A DNA stretch of 64,000 bases from an uncultured Actinomycetota bacterium (GTDB lineage: Bacteria; Actinomycetota; Actinomycetes; JAHEKZ01), in NCBI GenBank assembly GCA_963706045.1, contig CAVPLY010000014.1:20656-84655 (forward strand), written 5' to 3'. Shown one piece after another: positions 55,169 to 64,000 of this stretch. A program made the translations under genes and the position numbers. Every line of letters starts with the position of its first letter. Within the stretch, counting starts at the first letter, position 1. The notes beneath the pieces were generated by a model, which did no database searches, was not told the DNA's origin, and saw only the letters and a list, made by a program, of their open reading frames with translations.

Positions 55169-56450
55169 TCAGTAGTACTTCATCGGTATGCCAGCGCGTC
55201 GCATGGCGCGCTGATCAAGCCATCGGTATGCGCGGACAGCTCCGGCAAGCCCCAATCGTCCGAGGGTTCGGCTCGGCCACTTCTTCGTCTTGCGATCGAC
55301 GAACCACAAGTCTGAGTACTCGCTGGACCGCTCGAGCACCATTTCGGCGAGCACTCGACCGTTGAGGTGGGTGATGGAGACGCCGTGGCCGATATCTCCG
55401 TAGAAGCCGTAGATGCGGTCATCTACGAGGGCTCCGAGGTGTGGGATCAGTTCTGGCGTGAATGAGACGGGGCCGCCCCAGACGTGTGTGACTCTGACGT
55501 TCTTGAGGGTGGGCAGGAGTGTGCGCCACTGCTGTTTGGTGGCTGCCAGCGCCTTTAGGTCGTAGTCGCCGTCCATGTCGTTTCCTGGGCGGGTCCCAAA
55601 GTAGCCGTCATGGGCCAGGAGAAGTCGACCGTCGGGCGTGGGGTGAATCGTGTGAAACCCGTTGATCGTTGTTTGCAGTCCGCACCGGCGGTTCCATCCC
55701 AGTTCTTCCCACTGTTTGTCGGACAGGGGCTCGGTCATGGTTCCGTACACGAACACGGGGAATTGACGGCGAGGCAGCTTTGCCTCCGGAAGTCCCCGCA
55801 GCAGGTGAGTGTATGCGTTGGTGCCCAGCACGACCTTGTTGGCGGTGACCCTTCCGGCTGGGGGTGATGAGTTGGACCCCGTGGGCTGTCAACTGGCCGT
55901 CGATCACCGGAGTGCGTTCGTACACGGCCACTCCCGACGCGATGGCGAGACGCTTGAGTTCTCGGGCGTGCTTCACTGGTTGCAGGAAGGCGGTCGTCCG
56001 TTCGGCGATTCCCGCCTCGAACCAGGGGCCGTTGACCTCGCGGCGTACTTCATCCCGGTCAAGCCACTCGTGGGTGTCGCCGAACCCGGTACGACGCAAC
56101 GACTCCATCTCGGCCTCGAGCGCCCCGACCCATTGGGGTCCGATGGCGACCCGGATTGCACCGTGACGACGGAAGTCGGAGTCGAGCCTGTGGGCGCTGA
56201 CAATTTCCTCCACGTACGCGCACGCCCTGGTCGCGTATTCATGGGCTTCACGCGCCCGCTGCTCCCCGTAGATCTGGCGGAGCATGTCACCCCCGATCCC
56301 GAGGTGCGGCATGACCCAGCCGGAGTTGCGTCCGCTGGCGCCGAAGGCGATCTCCTCTGCCTCAATCAGTGCCACGCTCACACTGGGATCGAGCTGGCGG
56401 AGGTGCCACGCGGTCGCGAGGCCGGTGTATCCGCCGCCGATGACGGCCAC
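55169..56450 (-). pseudogene. FAD-dependent (DAO-family) oxidoreductase, frame broken at a C5 run (~55858-55864); N-terminus unclear
   Basis: VAVIGGGYTGLATAW dinucleotide motif. After ...GVQLITP the sequence continues AGRVTANKVVLGTNAYTH... in the 55831 frame. The upstream in-frame sequence (SFWVDDAGPYTPSPSLGEHLQVD) has no ATG/GTG before the stop at ~56567. Confidence 0.7.
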
Positions 56451-56584
56451 GTCGACCTGTAGGTGCTCACCGAGGCTCGGGCTCGGGGTGTATGGCCCGG
56501 CGTCGTCAACCCAGAATGATCGGTTCGGAGACAGGTTCCTGTCCTTTCGCTGGCGGGGGTGGTGCTTAGCCCTTGACTCGGCTC

Positions 56585-56992
56585 CTAGGCGACCTGGCGG
56601 AGTAGTGAGTCCATGTCGTAGTACATCTCTCCGGCGTGGATCAGGCCGTCGGCGCCGATGTCGAGGACGAAGCAGATCGGCAGGGAGATCGGGCGGCCGG
56701 TGGCGGGGATTTCGCCGGTGAGTGTCGGGAGTGGCCCGCCGTGCGTGGCTTCCTCGACGAAGGTGGTCACGACGGTGGTATCAGCAGCGATGTGCCGAAC
56801 ATTGGAGAGTTTGGCATCGGGAAATGTGACCAGCCCTTCGGCGAACCACTCGTGAACGTCGCCATGCCCCAGTGTCGTTGCCATGGGGTGATCGACGATC
56901 TCGACGTCTGGTGCGACCAGGCCCATCAGGCCGTCGATGTCATGCGCGTTGTAGTACTCAATGAGTCTTTCCGCTGTTGCTTTGACCGTCAC
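56585..56992 (-). CDS. SnoaL-like / NTF2-fold protein
   Basis: 135 aa. GTG 56992 overlaps the upstream stop (GTGA). AERLIEYYNAHDIDGLMGLVAPDV...YYDM is typical of ester-cyclase/SnoaL-like proteins. Confidence 0.65.
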   Translation of the reverse strand: MTVKATAERLIEYYNAHDIDGLMGLVAPDVEIVDHPMATTLGHGDVHEWFAEGLVTFPDAKLSNVRHIAADTTVVTTFVEEATHGGPLPTLTGEIPATGRPISLPICFVLDIGADGLIHAGEMYYDMDSLLRQVA

Positions 56993-58309
56993 GACAGACC
57001 ACCTTCTTCGGAGAGGAATTTTGATACTTGTCTGGCAGCGTTGAAGCCGGTTTCTATGGCACCGTCGACGAAACCGGGCCGGGACAGCGATATGTCTCCC
57101 CCCGCGAAGAAGACGCGGCCTTCCGGCCGTGTCAGCACTACGTCGTGTGTCGAGGCGTCACCGGGGCGTGGGAAGGGACTGGCATGTCGGGTCCAGGGGT
57201 CGGCCGGCCAGTTGTAGCCCGTTGAGGCCGCCACTTCGGCGTCGGGAAACCAGCGGTGAATCTCCTGCTGGACGGCAGCCGTATCCGTGCCGTCTAGCCA
57301 GTTGCTACCGCTGCCAAATCCAACCACCAGCGCGGTCCCATCGGGTAGCTCGTCTACCTTCACCAGGGAGTGCAACCGTTCGACCGGTCCCAGTGCGAAG
57401 AATCCTGAGGGCACTCCGCGCACCAGGGCCCAGACCTTGCTTCCTTCACCGTGTGACCGCGATGCGGCGGAGAGCAGTCGCCGCTCATCCAGTGCCGGGG
57501 TGAAGCTGACATCGGAAAGAACCGCGATCGGGGCCGCCCACACCACCGCCCGGGCCGTCACCTCTCCGTCGGGCGTTTGCAGTGTCACGCCGTTGTCGTC
57601 CTGCTGAATGCCGGTCACCGGGCTGTTGAGTCGGATCTCCGCCCCAGAATCGGACTGCGATGCGCTGGACCAGGTCGGTTGTGCCGTTCTCCAGGATGAC
57701 GTTGTCGCCGGCGAGGTAGCGGTAAAGGCCGCCGTCGGCCGCGACCATGCGGGCGAGGTAGAGCAGGCTTCGTTCGTCGTCGCGTGACACCAACCATGGC
57801 GCAAGTGCCAGCGAGACGAGATGCCTGAGGTCCTCTGATACACCTTGCGTCCGCAGCCAATCATCGACTGAGACATCAAGACGCGCGCCCTCGGACCCGG
57901 GGTACTGCTCAGCCCAGGGGAGCGACAGATCGATGGCGTCGGAGATGGCGCGGAGGGCGACGACGAGATCTTCGATCTGTGACACGTCCTCATGTGTGAC
58001 AGGTAGGGCTCCCTCGTGGACGGAACCGTCTCGCTGAATCCAGTGCGTGCCATCGAGCCCACCGGCGTAGACGTGGTAGGGCACTCCGTAGCGCGTGATT
58101 TCTCCGAACACGTTCGAGTACTCGGTGTTGAAGAACTGACAGCCCATCTCCAGCCCACCCACCCCAGGCAGCGCATCGGGGTCGAACCAGGCGCGTCCGC
58201 CAAGGCGGTCTCGGGCCTCGAGCAGCAGTGTCCGGTGACCTAGGCGTGCAGTTTCCCGGAGTGTGGTCGCACCGGCGAACCCGCCACCCACCACCACGAC
58301 GTCGTACAT
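56989..58309 (-). pseudogene. Flavin-containing amine oxidase, frame broken once (~57650-57662)
   Basis: MYDVVVVGGGFAGATTLRETARLGHRTLLLEARDRLGGR (FAD motif). After ...DLVQRIA the sequence continues SDSGAEIRLNSPVTGI...RVFFAGGDIS...VDGAIETG in the 58203 frame. Confidence 0.7.
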
Positions 58310-58474
58310 GGACCACGACCCTTCCGAGCGAGCACCAGCCGATCACAGGATTTCGTCTGGAAAGTACGATGGACGTACAAACCCGATGCGTCAAGCCCTT
58401 TAGATGGACAAATATCGCGATTTGGCACGCAATCCGCTCTTGACAGGTGTTCTTAGTGCGGTCATCGTACTGAC

Positions 58475-59080
58475 ATGGCATCCCGGAATTCGTCCCGTCG
58501 CATGGGTTCGTCCTCCTCGTCGAGCGAGGCACCCAGTGACGGAGATTCGGTGAAGAGCGAAGGCAAGACCGACCGCACCTGGGGTCGTCGCCGTCGAGGT
58601 ACTCAGATCGACGAGCTCGATCTGGGCATTCTCGCCGAACTGCAGGAGGACGGCCGAAGGCCGTTCAAGCACATTGCGCAAGAACTTGGGGTGTCCGAAG
58701 GAGCGGTTCGGCAACGTGTCACGCGCATGAAGGACGCGGGGATCTTGCACATCGTGGCCAACGTGTCCAGCAATGCTTTGGGGCTACGCCTCGTGGCCAC
58801 GGCCCTCATCAAAGTGAGCGGCGAGGTCACCCCCGTGGCCGACCAGCTCGCTGAGTGCCCGGCGATTGAGTACATCGTCATCACCGGTGGTTCCTTCGAC
58901 ATCATGGCTGAACTCGTCTGCGAGGACACCGATGAGCTGCTCGAAGTACTGAACACCAAAGTGCGCGCACTCGCTGGGGTCATGAGTGTCGACCTGTTGA
59001 TGCATCTGGATCTGCACAAGTGGGAGTTCGAGTGGGGCCGCCGCATGCTCGGTCAGGACGACATGGCCGGTCAGATGTGA
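58475..59080 (+). CDS. Lrp/AsnC-family transcriptional regulator
   Basis: IDELDLGILAELQEDGRRPFKHIAQELGVSEGAVRQRVTRMKDAGIL HTH plus an ACT-like RAM domain. The ~43-aa Ser-rich N-terminal extension makes the exact start uncertain. Confidence 0.8.
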   Translation: MASRNSSRRMGSSSSSSEAPSDGDSVKSEGKTDRTWGRRRRGTQIDELDLGILAELQEDGRRPFKHIAQELGVSEGAVRQRVTRMKDAGILHIVANVSSNALGLRLVATALIKVSGEVTPVADQLAECPAIEYIVITGGSFDIMAELVCEDTDELLEVLNTKVRALAGVMSVDLLMHLDLHKWEFEWGRRMLGQDDMAGQM

Positions 59081-59144
59081 AGGCTCACGTAGCACCGTCA
59101 GCGTCACCAGCCGGTAGGCGCTAGAGACAGCAGGGAGAACACAC

Positions 59145-60385
59145 GTGTCCGCACAACCTCGCTACCGCGCCATTCTGCTTGCCGTCGGTGCACTGGCTCT
59201 CGTCCTCACCTCGTGCGCCGACACGCCAGAGGAAGCCGCCGGGCCAGACGCTTCGGCAGCTCCGAGCGGCACGCCCGCGGATTCGACTCTCGAGCCGGTT
59301 CGCGTCGGCTTCATCAGTCAGGAGAAGGAGCTGCTGAGCATCGGTGAGGCACGGGTAGCAGCCGAGGCTGGCGTCGCCTACGTCAACGCCGAGCTGGGTG
59401 GGGTGAACGGTCATCCGGTCGAGCTGGAGGTCTGCCTCGCGGGGGACTCTCCCGAAAGCGCAGTGTCGTGCGCGGAGAAGCTGATCAACGACGAGTCCAT
59501 CCTGATGGCGATCACTGCCACCTACAGCGATCCCGCAGTCCTCAGACTCGCTTCGAAGTCCGGCCTGCCCGTGATCACCACCAATACCACGCCCAAACGA
59601 CTGGCAGGTCTCCTCGGCTTGGGCCTTCGACGCTGGGGTGGCCTCGTTGGTCCAGGGAGCCGCAACCTTCCTTCACGATGAGGAAGAGGCCTCGACAGCG
59701 GTACTGCTGTGCGCCGACGACCCCGGGATCATGGAGCTGTGCGACTTTGGTTCGTTCGTGTTCGCCGAGGCCGGAATCGACGTGAAGAGCATCGTTCCGG
59801 TGAGCCTGGACCAGGCGGACGCGACGGGAACGGTCGCTGCGGCAGGTATCGAGGACGTCGATGCAGTCGGACTGGTGTTGGACCGGTCCCAGTGTCTGCC
59901 CGTCGCTGAGGCGTTGGAATTCGAAGCTGTGGAACAGCCCGTCCTGTCGTTCGACGCCTGCCTGCGCCCGGAGACCATCGAGATCAGGTCAGGTCGACGG
60001 CTGGTACGAGATGGTGGCGTCGGGACTGGCGACAGAAGGCTCTGACAAGCCCGGTATGGACGAAGGCCAACGGATCCTCGAGACGTACAGTACCGACGAT
60101 CCGTACCCCTACGGCTTTGCGCCGTACGGGTTGGCGGGAGCAGTCGGCGCCTCGTTGGCGCTCACTGCTGTCCCCTACGAAGACCTGAGCCGAAAGACGG
60201 CTGACACTGCACTCGGCGAGCTTTCTGAGGACTTCGGGTGGTACCCACCGATCGACTGCCCCGGGCCAAAGCCATTCCCCGGTGCATGCGTGCGTCAGGT
60301 CACCGTCGTACAGACCGAGGGCGACACTCTGGTGCTGGCGGACACCATCGACATCGACGTGTCGGCATTCGAGGCCTTGCTGTAG
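59145..60385 (+). pseudogene. Lipoprotein substrate-binding protein of Liv-type ABC transporter, two frame changes (~59590, ~59985)
   Basis: GTG 59145. Lipobox LVLTSC. VRVGFISQ...AYVNAELGGVNGHPVEL in frame 0, PNDWQVSSAWAFDAGVASLVQGAATFL... in frame 1, GQVDGWYEMVASGL... in frame 2. Confidence 0.7.
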
Positions 60386-60421
60386 TGGTGCAGCGATGGA
60401 TCGACACCCGGAGCTGTCGGC

Positions 60422-61448
60422 GTGGCTGAGTACGGTCAGTTCGCACTGCTCGGTGTCGGCGCGGGCGCGATTATCGCTGCGATCTCACTCGGGTTGGTGC
60501 TGATCCATCGATCGACCGGGGTCGTGCACTTCGGGTACGGAGCCGTAGCCACCTACGTCGCCTACGTCTACGCGTCACTCCGAGACACCGGCGCATACCC
60601 GATCCCGCCGTTGCCCAACCCGCTGTCGCTGATCGAAGCAGGTCTGGGATGGGTGGGCATCCACGTGGCGATGCCAGACATCCCGACCAGTCTGCAGTTC
60701 ACCACCGGTGACTCAGGCCCGGTCATCGCGGTGTTGCTGGCGTTGACGACCGCGGTGATACTCGGTCTGCTCAGCCACTTCCTGGTGTTCCGTCCACTCC
60801 GGTACGCCCCAGACCTAGCCAAGATCGTTGCCTCGGTCGGCGTCATGCTCGTGCTGGTGGCCGCCGTGGTGCTCCGCTTCGGATCGGGGTCGCTGCGAGT
60901 CCCCGACCTGCTGCCCGATGGAGTGGTCGAGGTGGCCGGAGCGCGCATCCCACAGGACCGGTTCTGGCTGCTGCTGGTCGTCGCAGTGTTGAGCTTGGGG
61001 TTGTGGGCTACCTTCAAGTTCTCACGGTTCGGAATCGCCACGCGGGCGGCGGCCGAGGACGAGAAGCTTGGCGGCCCTCAAGGGCGTGTCAGCCGATCTG
61101 CAGGCGGGCACGAGTTGGGTCTGGCCAGTCTCATGGCCGGGTTCGTGGGAATCCTTGTCGCCCAGATCTCGGGTCTGAGCCCGATGCGCCTGACGCTCTT
61201 GGTCATCCCGGCGCTCGGTGCCGCACTGATGGCGGGCTTTTCCTCGTTCATCGTGGCGGCCACCACTGGAGTAGCGATCGGTATGACCGAGAGTGTTCTC
61301 ATCTTGGCGCAGCAACGCGTCGATTGGCTGCCCGCGGTCGATCTGCCCAGCATCTCTGCCCTTCCTCGTCATCGCTGCCGCCATGCTGGTGCGCGGTGAG
61401 GCGCTGCCATCTCGGGGTGCGGTCGAGCTCGGAAGACTGCCTCAAGCG
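60422..61448 (+). pseudogene. livH: Branched-chain-type ABC permease (LivH-like), compensated frame excursion plus one frame change; 3' end approximate
   Basis: GTG 60422, TM-rich. Canonical AALKGVSADLQAGTSW is readable only out of frame between 61070 and 61119. ...DLPSISA then LPFLVIAAAMLVRGEALPSRG continues in frame 0 (~61358). No stop separates it from livM. Confidence 0.6.
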
Positions 61449-62499
61449 GTGGCGTGGCGAATCAGGCCGCTGCTCACCCTCGGTGTGGTGGCGGGTCTCG
61501 CGGCACTTATGGTCGTTGCGCCCTTCGAGATTCGCGCCGGTCTCAACAACTCCATGATCGCCGTGCTTGCTGGCACTGTCCCTGGTGGTCGTCACCGGCT
61601 TTGTCGGCCAGGTCTCCCTCGCACAGATGAGTGTGGCCGGGATTGCGGCCTTTGGTGTAGGCACCTTCTCGAGCGAGTGGGGATTGCCACTCGTCGCTCT
61701 CGCTGCCGATGGCGGTGCTCGCGGCTACCGCCTTTCGGGATCCTGCTCTCGCTGCCCTCGCTCAGAACTCGAGGGGCCAGCCTCGCGGTGCTGACACTGG
61801 CCGCCGCGGTCGCGCTGCAGTCGGTGGTTCTCGACCGTGACGGCTGGTTCGGGAGTCCAACCAGCCAGGACGCAAGCACCCCCTCACTGCTCGGACTGGA
61901 TCTGGGCCCCTCGGCGTCGTTCCCAGGCGGTGACGGCAAGATTCCCTCAGCCTCATTTGGGCTACTGGTACTGGTGGTCACCACGGCTGGCGGTGCTGTT
62001 CGTTATCCACCTGCAGGAGCTCTCGCCTCGGCCAGCAGATGCTGGCATTGCGTTCAGACGAGCGTGCAGCCGCCGGTGTGGGCGTCGACGTAGCCAAGGT
62101 CAAGATCGCAGCCTTCGCCTTCGCCGGTGCTCTCGCCGGTCTTGGGGGCGCACTGAAGGCGTATGAGCTGGGCACGTTCTCGTCCGACACGTTCTCGGTG
62201 CTTGCGTCTCTAACGCTGCTTGCCTACGCATACCTGGGGGGCATATCCACGGTAGGCGGGTCGTTCTGGGCCGGTGCCCTGGCCACGGGAGGTCTGGCCG
62301 CTGTGCTCACTGACCGAGCCGTCGAGCTCGGTCAGTACGAGGCGTACGTGGCAGGCGTGGTACTAGTCGCCACCGCGGTCAGTAGCAACGAGGGGATCGA
62401 CGGTGCCAACCGCGCTCTCATGCAGATGGCTCCGGGATTGGCGTGCCGACCGTGCGGCAACGCGCGCTTCGCCCGATCGAAGAACGGCGAAGGAGGTGA
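61449..62499 (+). pseudogene. livM: Branched-chain-type ABC permease (LivM-like), about six frame changes; boundaries approximate
   Basis: Pieces: RIRPLLTLGVVAGLAALMVVAPF (f0), LALSLVVVTGFVGQVSLAQMSVAGIAAFG (f1), LSLPMAVLAATAF (f2), GILLSLPSLRTRGASLAVLTLAAAV (f0), LAVLFVIHL (f1), RSSRLGQQMLALRSDERAAAGVG...(f2). Probable tail ...RQRALRPIEERRRR ends at TGA 62497-62499. Confidence 0.55.
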
Positions 62500-62503
62500 A
62501 GGT

Positions 62504-63264
62504 ATGAGCGAGCCAGTCCTCGAAACCCGCAAACTCACCGTGCGGTTCGGCGGCGTCACTGCCCTTGACTCAGTCTCACTGGCATGCCGTCCAGGTGAGA
62601 TCGCGGGTCTCATCGGACCCAACGGGGCCGGCAAGACCACCTTCCTCGATGCCGTCTGCGGATTCTTGCCGAAGAACGTCACCGGTGAGGTTCTGCTCGA
62701 GGGAAGGGACGTCACTGGCTTGTCACCTCACCGACTGGCCCGTCGCGGACTCGGTCGGACCTGGCAGTCGGTTGACCTGTTCGACGACCTCGACATTCGC
62801 GGCAACCTAGAGGTGGCGGCCGGGGGTCTTACCTTCTTCGGGGCCCTGGGCGAGATGCTCAGCAGGCGACGTCCCATCCCCGCGGTGGAGGAGACTCTGC
62901 AGATGCTGGGCATGGAGACTACGGCCACCCAGCTGCCCAGCTCACTGACCCAACGGGACCGGAAACTTGTCGGCATTGGCCGGGCTGCAGCGGGGGACCA
63001 GCGCTACTCATGCTCGATGAGCCTGCCGCTGGACTCGATCGCTCCGAGACCGAAGACCTAGCGGACGGCCTGCGAGAACTCCGCGAGCGGGGTCAGAGCG
63101 TCTTACTCATCGACCACGACATGTCCTTGGTGCTCTCGGTGTGCGACGTGATCCACGTGCTCGACTTCGGTCGAGTCATCGCGACGGGTACCGCGGCAGA
63201 CATCCGAAGCGACCCCCAAGTGACCGAGGCCTACCTTGGCGGTTCTGCGGAGACGGCCTCATGA
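62504..63264 (+). pseudogene. livG: ABC transporter ATP-binding protein (LivG-like), frame broken at a G5 run (62992-62996)
   Basis: ATG 62504 behind GAAGGAGG. Walker A GPNGAGKTT. After ...IGRAAAG the sequence continues PALLMLDEPAAGLD (Walker B) ...LLIDHDM in the 63010 frame. Confidence 0.75.
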
Positions 63265-63969
63265 GTGGCCACCTGCTCGAGATGCACTCGGTCAGCGTCG
63301 GCTACGGGCGTACCCCGGTGGTCCGTGACCTGGACCTCTCGGTCGCGCAGGGCGAGGTCGTGGCCCTACTTGGTCCCAACGGCGCCGGCAAGACGACGAC
63401 GTTGCTCGCGATCTCGGGACTGGCCCGACGGATGAGTGGCACGATCGAGGTGCTGGGAGACTCGGTACCGTCGCTGCGTCGGCTCATCGGTTGGCGCGCG
63501 TGGCGTCGCACACGTGCCTGAGAGCCGAAGCATCTTCCGACAACTGACGGTACGAGAGAACCTGATGGTGTCCGGGGGGCGCCGCCGGTCATTTGAGCCC
63601 GCACTCGAGCTGTTTCCCGCGCTGGTACCACTTCTCGGTCGCAAAGCAGGGCTGCTGTCTGGCGGTGAGCGTCAGATGCTCGCGCTCGGGGGCGCGATTC
63701 TCGCTGACCCAAAGCTACTGATGGTCGACGAGCTGAGCCTGGGCTTGGCGCCGCAGATTTACGGGCAACTGGTGCCGGTCATGCGTCGGATCGCGCAGGC
63801 GACCGGCGCCGGTGTGCTCATGGTCGAGCAGCACGCTGACCTTGCCCTCGCCCACTCGGACCGCGCGTACGTCCTGGTCCACGGTGATGTCGTGCAGGAG
63901 GGCCGATCGCATGACCTCCGCCAGAACCGTGCACTCCTGCGCGACAGTTATCTGGGGAAGTCACCATGA
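63261..63969 (+). pseudogene. livF: ABC transporter ATP-binding protein (LivF-like), two frame changes (~63480, ~63500)
   Basis: ATG 63261 overlaps the livG stop (ATGA). Walker A GPNGAGKTT. AHRLAR and then RGVAHVPESRSIFRQLTVRENL lie in successive frames. LSGGERQML signature and LLMVDELSLGLAP Walker B. Confidence 0.75.
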
Positions 63970-64000
63970 CCTGACAGACCCCCATCGCTCCCGGTCGCCG

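Noticed and set aside
59985-59995. CAGGTCAGGTC (5-nt tandem duplication) as the cause of the second SBP frame change
   Set aside because: Removing one CAGGT would shift the frame by 2, not by the observed +1, and does not restore the expected protein.
1-64000. CRISPR arrays, transposases, prophage or toxin-antitoxin/defence gene signatures
   Set aside because: No regularly spaced direct repeats and no DDE/integrase/recombinase, capsid, terminase, restriction-modification or nuclease-helicase pairs were recognisable in any frame.

Overview
High-GC (about 70%) actinobacterial chromosomal segment, gene-dense on both strands. I saw no transposase, integrase, phage or CRISPR signal.

Recognisable content, in order:
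- partial narK, copZ-copA, hisN, rsgA and an SRAP peptidase
- sigH-rshA followed by a 24-codon bL37-like ORF
- two membrane HD-GYP-type proteins, a TB7.3-like biotinyl protein and an orphan PilT ATPase
- whiB1 with lipid-kinase, membrane and GNAT neighbours; the order resembles my memory of the mycobacterial Rv3216-Rv3228 block
- sodN-sodX and malic enzyme
- a four-gene translationally coupled operon headed by a 694-aa protein of unknown function
- kgd, then a peptidase-rich stretch (S8, HDAC-like, DmpA, oligopeptidase B)
- phhA, a DEAD-box helicase and an aldehyde dehydrogenase
- an ApbE / ferric-reductase-like / NuoF-like / ferredoxin membrane redox cluster, preceded by two low-complexity secreted paralogs
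- orn plus tRNA-His
- a USP plus Acg-nitroreductase pair behind a DosR-type box, then tRNA-Arg
- a ~10 kb amine/amino-acid catabolism plus Liv-type ABC transporter block

The most striking feature is at least 30 apparent single-base frame disruptions that are strongly clustered. There are none in 23.3-45.5 kb, about 20 in 53.9-64 kb, and 4-6 within single genes. This is either patchy consensus error or real accessory-gene decay.

Other leads:
- a 546-bp lower-GC spacer with a 19-bp perfect long-range inverted repeat abutting the HD-GYP RBS
- several other long inverted-repeat elements
- a dispersed 18-mer
- a 36-bp in-frame tandem duplication

All functional calls rest on motif recognition by eye; no searches were run.
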